Shown here: one piece after another, positions 1 to 9,037 of the stretch | Layout: every line of letters begins with the position of its first letter | Position numbering within the stretch: the first letter of the stretch is position 1 | The notes under the pieces: generated by a model | What the model saw: only the letters and a program-made list of their open reading frames with translations | What the model was told of the DNA's origin: nothing | Database searches by the model: none | Assembly: GCF_009831105.1 (NCBI RefSeq) | Contig: NZ_WUUQ01000001.1 | Location: 510,001 to 542,000 of the forward strand | DNA length: 32,000 bases | Direction: 5' to 3' | Source of the DNA: Copranaerobaculum intestinale | GTDB lineage: Bacteria > Bacillota_I > Bacilli_A > Erysipelotrichales > Erysipelotrichaceae | Translations under genes and position numbers: made by a program

Positions 1-532
1 GCTTAAATACCTCACCGTCTACCGTGGTATCGAGGATACCGTTGTCGATGAAGGAAAGCTCCCAGAAATCGTGCTTCTCGCCGGGGAATACATAGTTGGC
101 GTTGCGTACCTGATAGTAATAGCCATAGATTTCTTTAATTGTGAAGTTGGGTACCAGGCGTTCATAATGCACCGGCATTTTGCCGTAGGTGGGCACAGAG
201 GTCCGCTTAGCGCCGATTTCGGTAATCAGCTCAACTTTTGAAGAATTGGATATGCTGATGAAGTTAAACTTCACGCCTTTCTTTATTTTAATGATGCGGT
301 GGATCACAAATTTATCATAATTGGAGGCATCCTCATCCAAGGAAACTACGAGCATAACGATGCCGGATGTGACCTTTACATACGTATCACAACTGTAAAC
401 GTTGTAGGAAGAGATGCTCTTTTCTTTCAGCCGAATGATGTTATGAGACATTTTAATCGACTGCCGCTTGTTGATTTCACTGATGATTTCACCATATTTA
501 TTGAATATAAAACTGGTTGTACGATTAAACAT
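1..532 (-). CDS. Putative transcriptional regulator, N-terminal 177 codons only (AraC-type cupin-like sensor region); continues beyond the window edge
   Basis: The minus-strand frame is open from ATG (532-530) to position 1. It is absent from the ORF track because it has no in-window stop. SD GAGGTGA lies at 539-545 (plus coordinates), 6 nt from the ATG. Translation: MFNRTTSFIFNKYGEIISEINK...YYYQVRNANYVFPGEKHDFWELSFIDNGILDTTVDGEVFK. The HDFWEL..F..NG....V.GE.F segment resembles the AraC N-terminal cupin signature. Divergent from the PTS operon. Confidence 0.5.
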   Translation of the reverse strand, partial: MFNRTTSFIFNKYGEIISEINKRQSIKMSHNIIRLKEKSISSYNVYSCDTYVKVTSGIVMLVVSLDEDASNYDKFVIHRIIKIKKGVKFNFISISNSSKVELITEIGAKRTSVPTYGKMPVHYERLVPNFTIKEIYGYYYQVRNANYVFPGEKHDFWELSFIDNGILDTTVDGEVFK

Positions 533-750
533 AAAATCTCACCTCAATATCTATGTACAGTATAGCAAAAACCGCTTTCGGGGAACAGTAGATTGATTGC
601 ACTATTTGAAAATAATTATATAAAGTTAAATTAAAAAGTGCAAATGTAAAGAGGAATGTAAAAAAATAGCAGATTTTGAAAATTTGTAAGATTTGATGAT
701 AGTATGTGAAACAGCAGAATCTCATAAAAAAACTAACTTTCTATGGTTTT

Positions 751-770
751 TATCACACAATATCACACAT
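751..770. repeat. Tandem direct repeat TATCACACA(A/T) x2 with 10-bp phasing, in the regulator/PTS divergent intergenic region
   Basis: Read directly: tatcacacaa (751-760) followed by tatcacacat (761-770). One helical-turn spacing is typical of a direct-repeat operator. Function is unproven. Confidence 0.4.
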
Positions 771-1019
771 TCACCTTACATAGTAGCGAAATATAGACAT
801 TTTTGTCATGGATATGTACATTTTGTAAAAAGCCCTTACATTTGGATATAAAATGGTTGCAGATTACTAAAAAGTATAAAATGAATCATAAAAAGTGTAA
901 AGAAATCGCTTACTCCTTGTCATAGAATTTAAACGAACTAAAGGGTTTACTTGTTGATCCGGCTCATCACGGATCGGTAACGTTAAGTTCATGTTGAAAG
1001 ATAGAAGGGAGAGAGCAAA

Positions 1020-1496
1020 ATGCCAAATATCGTTTTGACAAGAATCGACAACCGTCTGATTCATGGACAGGTCGCTACACAGTGGTGCGGCGTTGTCGGA
1101 GCAAATTTACTGCTTGTAGCCAATGACAAGGTTGCTGGGGATGAATTCCGCCAGGGGCTGATGAACATGGCTGCACCGGCTTACGCACAGACAAGATTCT
1201 TCACCATTGAAAAAACCTGTGCAATTATTGACAAAGCCAGCCCGGCTCAGAAGATCGCAATCATCTGCGAGACACCGCAGGATGTATTGAGATTAGTCGA
1301 GGGTGGTGTTCCAATCAAGAAGGTGAACATCGGAAACATGCACATGGCTGATGGCAAACGTCAGGTTGCCACATCAGTAGCGGTAGATGATGATGATGTA
1401 GCTACTTTCAAGAAACTTCAGGAGTTAGGTGTGGAACTGGAAATCAAACGAGTTCCTGATACACCGACAGAAAATCTGGAGAAATTGTTTAGATAG
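1020..1496 (+). CDS. PTS mannose/fructose/sorbose-family EIIB component
   Basis: The N-terminus MPNIVLTRIDNRLIHGQVATQW is the classic Man-family IIB phospho-His motif (RID.RLIHGQV). Length 158 aa. SD GGGAGAGAG upstream. Confidence 0.9.
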   Translation: MPNIVLTRIDNRLIHGQVATQWCGVVGANLLLVANDKVAGDEFRQGLMNMAAPAYAQTRFFTIEKTCAIIDKASPAQKIAIICETPQDVLRLVEGGVPIKKVNIGNMHMADGKRQVATSVAVDDDDVATFKKLQELGVELEIKRVPDTPTENLEKLFR

Positions 1497-1535
1497 GAGA
1501 TTCAAGGCTTTACAATTTGAAGGGAGAAATAATAT

Positions 1536-2333
1536 ATGGATATTATTCAGATTATCCTGCTTGCAGTTCTGACTTTCATCATTGCAATTGACCAGTTCTC
1601 ATTAACTGAAATTATTTCCCGTCCAATCATCAACTGTACGTTGATCGGATTGATTCTGGGAGATATGAAAACTGGATTAATGCTTGGTGGTACTTATGAA
1701 CTCGCCATGGTAGGAAACATGCCAGTAGGCGGAGCTCAGCCGCCTAACGCGATCCTTGGTGGTATCGTTGCGATGGTATTCGCCGTTAAATCCGGTTTAG
1801 GAATCAATGCTGCAATCGGTGCTTGTATGATCTTCGCACTGTTTGGACAGTATGTAGTAACACTGACATTCACAATCATGTCAGGATTTATGGCAAAAGC
1901 TGACAAAGCGGCAGCTAATGCAGATCCAAAGGGAATCAGAAATGTTAACTTGATTTCTATGTGTATCTTGGGTGGTTTATTTGCAGCTTTAGCTGTAGCA
2001 GCTTATGTTGGCGGTACTGCCGCTCAGGAACCTCTGAACGAACTGCAGAAAAACGCAAGCTGGATCATGGGTGGTTTAAGTGCAGCCGGCGGTATGATGC
2101 GTTTCGTAGGTTTCGCAATTCTGTTGAAAATCATGCTGTCAAACGATCTGTGGGGATTCCTGCTTGCAGGCTTCGGTGCATCAATCGTTATCGGTGCCAG
2201 CCCAGTTGGCAGCGCTACATTGATTATCCTTGCTTTCATCGGTTTCGCAATTGCGTTCTATGACTATCAGTTGAACGTTAAGATTAAAGAAAACGCTGGT
2301 AACGGAAACGGAGGTATGACAGATGGCATCTAA
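1536..2333 (+). CDS. PTS mannose-family EIIC component
   Basis: 265-aa polytopic membrane protein, MDIIQIILLAVLTFIIAIDQFSLTE..., typical of ManY/AgaC-like IIC. Lies directly after IIB and overlaps IID by 11 nt. Confidence 0.9.
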   Translation: MDIIQIILLAVLTFIIAIDQFSLTEIISRPIINCTLIGLILGDMKTGLMLGGTYELAMVGNMPVGGAQPPNAILGGIVAMVFAVKSGLGINAAIGACMIFALFGQYVVTLTFTIMSGFMAKADKAAANADPKGIRNVNLISMCILGGLFAALAVAAYVGGTAAQEPLNELQKNASWIMGGLSAAGGMMRFVGFAILLKIMLSNDLWGFLLAGFGASIVIGASPVGSATLIILAFIGFAIAFYDYQLNVKIKENAGNGNGGMTDGI

Positions 2334-3204
2334 TATGACAACCTATAAGGATCTGACTCCTGCTCCTCAGCTGGATAAGAAAACTTTAAACAAAATGGTA
2401 TGGATGTCTTGTCAGCTGCAGGCCTCTTTCAACTATGAAAGAATGCAGGCATGCGGCTGGTTATGGAGTATCCTGCCAGGACTGAAAAAAATCCACACAA
2501 ATAAAGAAGACCTTGCGGCTTCAATGAGCCATAACCTGGACTTCTTCAATACACACCCATTCTTAGTAACCTTCGTAATGGGTATCGTATTATCCATGGA
2601 ACAGCAGAAAACTGACATCAGCACGATCCGTGCCGTACGTGTTGCGGCTATGGGACCTCTGGGTGGTATCGGTGACTCACTGTTCTGGTTCACACTTGTT
2701 CCAATTACTGCTGGTATCTGTGCGCCTATGGCAATCGAAGGCAACATTGCAGGACCTATCCTGTTCTTCATTATCACCTTCGGTGTTGAAATGGCACTGC
2801 GTTACTGGCTGATGTACTGGTCTTACTCTTTAGGTACTTCTGCTATCGGTGCTCTGACAAAGAACGCGAAAGAATTCACCCGTGCTGCATCTATCTTAGG
2901 TGTATTCATCGTTGGTGCATTAATTTCTAACTTTGGCGGAGGAACGAAGCTGGCAATGGAATTTGCAATCAAGGGTACAACTGAACCTTTGAATATCCAG
3001 GCAAAATTAGATACAATTTTACCTACAATGATTCCATTTGCATTAACAATGCTTTGCTTCTGGTTAATTAAGAAGAAAAACTTCACTCCGGTGAAATGTA
3101 TCCTGGTTCTGCTTGCAATCGGTATTGTAGGCGCAGCAATCGGTGTTTGGGATGGCGGAAACACTGCGTACAACGCATTGATTTCTGTACCTTGGCATTC
3201 TTAA
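2323..3204 (+). CDS. PTS mannose-family EIID component
   Basis: 293 aa. The segment FNYERMQACGWLWSILPGLKKIH...NLDFFNTHPF matches the ManZ/IID signature region. Third gene of the IIB-IIC-IID operon. Confidence 0.9.
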   Translation: MASNMTTYKDLTPAPQLDKKTLNKMVWMSCQLQASFNYERMQACGWLWSILPGLKKIHTNKEDLAASMSHNLDFFNTHPFLVTFVMGIVLSMEQQKTDISTIRAVRVAAMGPLGGIGDSLFWFTLVPITAGICAPMAIEGNIAGPILFFIITFGVEMALRYWLMYWSYSLGTSAIGALTKNAKEFTRAASILGVFIVGALISNFGGGTKLAMEFAIKGTTEPLNIQAKLDTILPTMIPFALTMLCFWLIKKKNFTPVKCILVLLAIGIVGAAIGVWDGGNTAYNALISVPWHS

Positions 3205-3264
3205 TTAATTTTTAAAAAATGACTCTCTCAATTCTATTTTGCACTAATCTTAATCTGCAAAAGA

Positions 3265-3288
3265 AAAGCTGCCGCAAGGCGGCTTTTT
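3265..3288 (+). terminator. Rho-independent terminator after the PTS operon
   Basis: Hairpin aaagctgcc-GCAA-ggcggcttt (9 bp including one G-U, GNRA-like tetraloop) followed by a T-run. Confidence 0.7.
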
Positions 3289-3375
3289 CTATAAAGAATA
3301 TGCTGGATATTCATGATAAGTATAGGATTTCTATGAGATTTTTGGTATAATAAAAGAATAAACTGAGGTGGTTAA

Positions 3376-4053
3376 ATGAGTTGGATAACGGTTGCGATCC
3401 TCGTCCTTTTCTTTGGCGGAGGAATCGGTTACTTTATTGTGAAGCGTTTAAGCTTGAATGGCTTGAATGCGGCTTTGAGAAATAAGGACTATCAGAGTGT
3501 GATCCGGCAGGCGGAGGGTTCGATGAACCGCAAGCTGCTGGGGGAATATGTCTGTGATCTGTATAAGCTGCGTGCTTATGTTCTATTGAAAGATAATGAT
3601 CATGTGCGTGAACATGCGAAAATGATGCTTTATCATACGTATTCTACGGAACAGCATAAAGCTTTCCTGGAATTGTATTTCCATATTTTCCTGAATCGGA
3701 ATGATTTAGAAATGGCGGATTTGTTTTTGGAAGAGATCAAAAAGCTGGATGATTATTTGTTTACAGCTTATAATGAGGCAGCCTATGAAGTGCTTGTCAA
3801 TAAGCGTACGGATATGATCGAGGATATGGAAAGACATATCGAAGCGAAGGTTTACCATGGCTTCCCGTTAGGAACGCTGGTTTATCTAATTGCGATGCAG
3901 TATTTGTATATGGAAGATTATAAGAATGCGAAGCTTTATTTTGAGGAGTGCATAGACTGCTTTCATCCAAATGCTATCTATGTGGGACTTGCGAAAACAC
4001 AGATCAAAAAACTGAATGAACAAATTGCGGAAGCATCAACGGCATCGGCTTGA
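3376..4053 (+). CDS. Hypothetical membrane-anchored protein with an all-helical (TPR-like) soluble domain
   Basis: 225 aa. N-terminal TM helix WITVAILVLFFGGGIGYFIV, then helical repeat-like sequence rich in Y/L/E/K. SD GAGGTGG. An extended -10 TGgTATAAT lies at 3343-3351. No family recognised. Confidence 0.6.
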   Translation: MSWITVAILVLFFGGGIGYFIVKRLSLNGLNAALRNKDYQSVIRQAEGSMNRKLLGEYVCDLYKLRAYVLLKDNDHVREHAKMMLYHTYSTEQHKAFLELYFHIFLNRNDLEMADLFLEEIKKLDDYLFTAYNEAAYEVLVNKRTDMIEDMERHIEAKVYHGFPLGTLVYLIAMQYLYMEDYKNAKLYFEECIDCFHPNAIYVGLAKTQIKKLNEQIAEASTASA

Positions 4054-4054
4054 T

Positions 4055-4087
4055 AAAAAAACGGATTTCGATCAGGAATCCGTTTTT
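4055..4087. terminator. Bidirectional terminator between convergent genes (hypothetical / clpP)
   Basis: Stem acggatt (4061-4067) / aatccgt (4077-4083), flanked by an A-run (4055-4060) and a T-run (4083-4087). The clpP stop codon lies inside the hairpin. Confidence 0.7.
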
Positions 4088-4674
4088 ATTTGGCTTTGGA
4101 TGATGTCATCGACAATGCCGTATTTTACTGCTTCTTTTGCATTCATGTAGTGATCTCGGTCACAGTCGGCGGAAATCTGTTTCATCGTACGCCCGGTACT
4201 GTCTGCCAGAATGTGATAGAGCCGATCTTTCATCTGGAGAATGTGCTCGGCCGCAATCTCCATGTCTCTGGCCTGGCCCGCCATTTCGCCCAGCGGTTGA
4301 TGTATCATGACCTCACTGTTAGGCAGAGCATAGCGTTTCCCTTTGCAGCCGGCCCCTAACAGCACCGCTGCCATGCTTGCGCACATGCCCATGCAAATCG
4401 TGGAAATCGAACACGGCACATAATGCATCGTATCTAAAATAGCCATACCGGCACTGACGCTGCCGCCTGGGGAATTGATGTAAATTAAAATATCCTCACG
4501 GCTGATACTGGAGAGATACAGCAGTTGTCCGCAAATACTACTGGCCATCTGATCATCGATCTCGCCGGTTAAAATGATGATTCTTTCTTTCAGCAGGCAT
4601 GAGTACAGATCATACACTCTTTCTACACTGGCATTTCTTTCAATAATGGTTGGTACAATGACCACTTTCATCAC
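4072..4674 (-). CDS. clpP: ATP-dependent Clp protease proteolytic subunit ClpP
   Basis: 200 aa. VPTIIERNASVERVYDLYSCLLKERIIILTGEIDD matches the ClpP N-terminal region. Catalytic Ser lies in GMCASMAA, His in MIHQPLG, Asp in DRDHYM. Confidence 0.9.
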   Translation of the reverse strand: MMKVVIVPTIIERNASVERVYDLYSCLLKERIIILTGEIDDQMASSICGQLLYLSSISREDILIYINSPGGSVSAGMAILDTMHYVPCSISTICMGMCASMAAVLLGAGCKGKRYALPNSEVMIHQPLGEMAGQARDMEIAAEHILQMKDRLYHILADSTGRTMKQISADCDRDHYMNAKEAVKYGIVDDIIQSQIKTDS

Positions 4675-4752
4675 TCCTATCTTTATAAATTATGCACGCC
4701 TCAAACGTTTTAATACCCCGATAAAAAAAGGATGAAGTGAATTTGTTCACAA

Positions 4753-5825
<1,073 letters not shown>

Positions 5826-5841
5826 TTTAGATAAGAAATCG

Positions 5842-5867
5842 GGATGGACGAAGGTCCATCCTTTTTT
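5842..5867 (+). terminator. Rho-independent terminator after gap
   Basis: Perfect 8-bp stem ggatggac / gtccatcc with a 4-nt loop, followed by TTTTTT. Confidence 0.85.
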
Positions 5868-5958
5868 ATGTCACGGTGAAGTGAAAGAATGTTTTTTAAA
5901 GGCCTGTAAAAATATAAGTATGCTATAATGGAATTATAAAATCATAAAGGTAAGCTAT

Positions 5959-7134
5959 ATGAAGAAACAAGTTCACAGTTCTAAATTAAAAAGGGTAGAT
6001 TATCAGGTATCGATCGTAATCGCGTGTATTGTGATTTTTTCGTTTCTGATCGTTTTCTTTTTTAATTATAAAATCACATATGAGGATATGCTGTATACGC
6101 TGGAGGAGCGATCCAACAGTATTTATAATTTAGTTGAGGGCTATTTGGAACGAACGACCTTTCATACCCTGGCAACCAAAGAAGATATGAACAAGCCGGG
6201 TTATCAGAATATGAAACAAAGCCTGGAAGAAGTCAAGGAAGCTACCGGAGTGCGTTATATCTATACCGCAAAGAAAACCGATGATGGTAAATATATTTAT
6301 TTGGTGGATGGTTTATCAAGCAAAAGTAAAGACTTTCGCTACCCCGGTGATGAAATTGAAGCAGAAGTTGTAAAAGAATTGGATCGTGCATTGAAGGATG
6401 AAATCGTTCTGCCGCAGGATATCAAGCATACCACTTGGGGTGATATCTTTGTTTCCTACTATCCCATTCATGAAGGAGATAAAGTAGTGGGAGTACTGGG
6501 CATTGAATTTCCGGCGGAGCATCAGTATGAAGCATTCCGTATGATTCGGATCGGCACACCATTAATAGCAGCCGGAGCGGTTATCGTAGCAGTCATGATT
6601 GCCGTGCATCTATTTAAGCGGATCTCAAATCCAACCTTTCAGGATATGGCAAACAGTGATTTCTTAACCGGGTTAAAGAATCGCAATGCTTTCGAGTTAA
6701 ATATGGATTTGATCGAACAGCGCGGGATTCAGAAAGATCTGGGTATTTTAGTAGCTGACTTAAACAATCTGAAGCGGATCAATGATGAACAGGGTCATCA
6801 GATGGGGGATATTTACATAAAGAAAGCAGCGGAGGTGCTGAGTATCTGCATACCAAGTGAACATCCGATCTATCGCATCGGCGGTGATGAATTCAACGTG
6901 ATTATCGATGGTGAGGATGAAGCAAACGTGCAGAAGATGATTGAAACAATGAATCAGCAGATACAAATCATCAATAAAGAAAGCGGCATGCAGTTATCTA
7001 TATCCGTGGGCTATGCCTTCTATGATTCAAAAATCGATAAATGTTTCCATGACACTTATCATCGCGGCGATCATAATATGTATGAAGCAAAGCGGAAAAT
7101 GAAACAGGATCAAAAGGATGATGGCGTTTTGTAA
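5959..7134 (+). CDS. Membrane-bound diguanylate cyclase (two TM segments flanking an extracytoplasmic Cache-like sensor; C-terminal GGDEF domain)
   Basis: TM1 is VSIVIACIVIFSFLIVFFF and TM2 is IGTPLIAAGAVIVAVMIAVHLF. GGDEF domain features: DFLTGLKNRNAF...ADLNNLKRINDEQGHQMGD...IYRIGGDEFNV. The active-site GGDEF is intact. No RxxD I-site was seen immediately upstream. Confidence 0.85.
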   Translation: MKKQVHSSKLKRVDYQVSIVIACIVIFSFLIVFFFNYKITYEDMLYTLEERSNSIYNLVEGYLERTTFHTLATKEDMNKPGYQNMKQSLEEVKEATGVRYIYTAKKTDDGKYIYLVDGLSSKSKDFRYPGDEIEAEVVKELDRALKDEIVLPQDIKHTTWGDIFVSYYPIHEGDKVVGVLGIEFPAEHQYEAFRMIRIGTPLIAAGAVIVAVMIAVHLFKRISNPTFQDMANSDFLTGLKNRNAFELNMDLIEQRGIQKDLGILVADLNNLKRINDEQGHQMGDIYIKKAAEVLSICIPSEHPIYRIGGDEFNVIIDGEDEANVQKMIETMNQQIQIINKESGMQLSISVGYAFYDSKIDKCFHDTYHRGDHNMYEAKRKMKQDQKDDGVL

Positions 7135-7177
7135 TAGAGCCGATAGAATTGGCAATACTGTATGCAGGAGGTGCGTT

Positions 7178-7411
7178 ATGGCACAGGTTAGTATTACGTA
7201 TTGTTTAAGTGCGATGTGCAGTCAACATGATGTAAAAGAGCTGAAGCGGACCCTGGATGAATTTCCCGGTGTGAAATCCGTTGCGGTGAATGAAGAAGAA
7301 GCAAAACTGAGCATTGATTATGATGATACCGGGGTTTCTCAAAAACAACTGGAAAAGCGGCTGGAGGAATGCGGATATACCTTTCATGAAGCATCAAAGC
7401 ACTCATTTTAG
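7178..7411 (+). CDS. Small HMA-like (heavy-metal-associated, ferredoxin-fold) protein with a variant metal motif
   Basis: I place the start at ATG 7178, with SD AGGAGG at 7166-7171, rather than the track start 7118. The 77-aa sequence is MAQVSITYCLSAMCSQHDVKELKRTLDEFPGVKSVAVNEEEAKLSIDYDD...LEECGYTF. It follows the HMA layout, but the GMTCxxC motif is replaced by SAMCSQH. Confidence 0.5.
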   Translation: MAQVSITYCLSAMCSQHDVKELKRTLDEFPGVKSVAVNEEEAKLSIDYDDTGVSQKQLEKRLEECGYTFHEASKHSF

Positions 7412-7435
7412 GTCCTTGCTTTTCACGCAAAGCGG

Positions 7436-7464
7436 TTGCGCATTCAGGTAAATCTTGGTATACT
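7436..7464 (+). promoter_or_regulatory. Promoter of the cysS leader
   Basis: TTGCGC (7436-7441), 17-nt spacer, TATACT (7459-7464), with an extended -10 TG (tggTATACT). Confidence 0.6.
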
Positions 7465-7470
7465 AATGAA

Positions 7471-7690
7471 AACCGATCATAAAGGACGAGTATCTGTAAA
7501 CGGCAGTCGGATAGAGAGTGTCTGGCTGGTGGAAAGACATGCTGCTGATACAGGGAATGCACCTTTTAGGGATTTTTCGATGATGTAGAAAAAAACGTAA
7601 TTGACGGCGTTAACGTCAGAAAGAGGTCGCATAAGCAAAGTGGAACCGTGCTGGAAACAGCGCCTTTGCGGATGGGCTTTTTTTATGGAA
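7471..7690 (+). promoter_or_regulatory. T-box riboswitch leader, cysteine-specific (specifier TGC)
   Basis: Stem I elements are present: GACGAGTA, an AGAGAG bulge, and distal loop GGCTGGTGGAAAG. The specifier loop reads GAA-TGC-A, with TGC at 7558-7560. T-box sequence AAAGTGGAACCGTGC lies at 7637-7651. A downstream hairpin (gcaaag 7635-7640 pairs with ctttgc 7664-7669) precedes a T7 run at 7678-7684. Sits directly upstream of cysS. Confidence 0.85.
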
Positions 7691-7702
7691 AGGATGAATC
7701 AA

Positions 7703-9037
7703 ATGAAAATTTTTAACAGTATGCACAATGCGGTAGAACCATTTCAGCCGCTCGTAGAAAATGAAGTCAGCATGTATGTGTGCGGACCGACCGTTTATAA
7801 CTATCCGCATATCGGCAATGCACGTCCGATCGTTGTGTTTGATACGCTGCGAAAAACCTTTGAGGCGCTAGGTTATAAAGTGACGATGGTGTCTAACTAT
7901 ACAGATGTGGATGATAAGATCATTAAAGTAGCGAAGGAACTGCATATTACAGAAAAGGAGGTTACCGAGAAATTTATCAAGGCTTATAATGAGGATCGTT
8001 TATCGCTTCATGCAAAAATGCCGGATATTGCCCCAAAGGTAACTGAAACGATGGATGATATCATTGCCTTCATCGACTTGCTCGTAAAAAAGGATCACGC
8101 TTATGTAATTGACGGCGATGTTTATTTTCGTGTAAACAGCGTATCGAACTATGGTAATTTATCAAATCAGCAGGTAGATGATCTGGTTGTCGGTGCCCGC
8201 ATTGATGAAAATAGTAAGAAAGAAAATCCGTTGGATTTCACCCTGTGGAAGAAAACCGAGGAAGGTATCAAATGGGATTCTCCTTGGTCGGTGGGACGTC
8301 CCGGCTGGCATACGGAATGTGTGGTAATGATCAATAAAGAATTCCATGGCGCGTTCATCGATATTCACGGCGGTGGTATGGACTTGAAATTCCCGCACCA
8401 TGAAAATGAGATTGCCCAATCACGGGCCGCATTCGATAATCAAATCGCAAAATACTGGATTCATAACGGCATGGTTAATATCGATGGTGAAAAGATGTCG
8501 AAATCGCTTGGAAATGTTATCTGGGCCAAGGATATGATTGCCAAGGTGGGCGGTAATGTTCTGCGTTGGGTCATGCTTTCTGCGCATTATCGGGCACCCT
8601 TGAATATCAATGAAGAGGGACTGGAAACCGCAAGAAAAGAAATTGAACGTATTGCCGCATCCATGAAACAGGCATATGTCAAGCTGGGGCTCATAAATGA
8701 AGCAGCGGACGGCGAAAAGGAAACTGCGCATTGGCAGGCTTTCTTATCCGCTATGGAGGATGATCTGAATACACCGAATGCATTTTCGGCTCTGTTTGAA
8801 GCGGTAAAAGCATTGAATACAGAAGTGCGGAAACGTGAATTCTCGGTATCAGAAGTAAAAGGTCTGATTGCGACGATGGAAGGTATGCTTTATGTCTTAG
8901 GCATTGAGCTGCCGCGTATTGAACTGGACGACGATGATAAAGCACTGTTCGCAAAATGGAATGCCGCGAAGCAGGAAAAAGATTTTGAGACTGCTGATCA
9001 GCTTCGTGCTGATTTGATGAAAAGAGGTTTGTTGTAA
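7703..9037 (+). CDS. cysS: Cysteinyl-tRNA synthetase
   Basis: HIGH motif in YPHIGNARP and KMSKS motif in GEKMSKSLGN. I place the start at ATG 7703 (MKIFNSMHN, SD GGAAAGGA). The track start at 7601 would read through the T-box terminator. Confidence 0.95.
   Translation: MKIFNSMHNAVEPFQPLVENEVSMYVCGPTVYNYPHIGNARPIVVFDTLRKTFEALGYKVTMVSNYTDVDDKIIKVAKELHITEKEVTEKFIKAYNEDRLSLHAKMPDIAPKVTETMDDIIAFIDLLVKKDHAYVIDGDVYFRVNSVSNYGNLSNQQVDDLVVGARIDENSKKENPLDFTLWKKTEEGIKWDSPWSVGRPGWHTECVVMINKEFHGAFIDIHGGGMDLKFPHHENEIAQSRAAFDNQIAKYWIHNGMVNIDGEKMSKSLGNVIWAKDMIAKVGGNVLRWVMLSAHYRAPLNINEEGLETARKEIERIAASMKQAYVKLGLINEAADGEKETAHWQAFLSAMEDDLNTPNAFSALFEAVKALNTEVRKREFSVSEVKGLIATMEGMLYVLGIELPRIELDDDDKALFAKWNAAKQEKDFETADQLRADLMKRGLL

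Noticed and set aside
299-565. Track ORF on the + strand (88 aa)
   Set aside because: It lies entirely antisense to a longer open frame (1-532, minus strand) that has a good SD and a plausible regulator-like translation. The + strand product has no SD and no recognisable features.
840-862. Possible sigma-54 (-24/-12) promoter upstream of the Man-family PTS (TGG...TTGC around 843-860)
   Set aside because: The spacing between the GG and GC dinucleotides is 15 nt rather than the required 12. No LevR/ManR-type activator is nearby.
1961-2263. Alternative-frame and antisense ORFs inside the PTS IIC/IID genes (1961-2263 +, 2024-2239 -, 2433-2777 -, 2630-2812 +, 2823-3173 -)
   Set aside because: They are embedded in strongly supported PTS membrane-protein genes. 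The translations are low-complexity or Cys/Arg-rich, as is typical of off-frame reads.
7601-7702. N-terminal extension of cysS from the track start at 7601
   Set aside because: This stretch contains the T-box sequence, the terminator hairpin and its T-run. ATG 7703 has an SD and gives the normal CysRS N-terminus.
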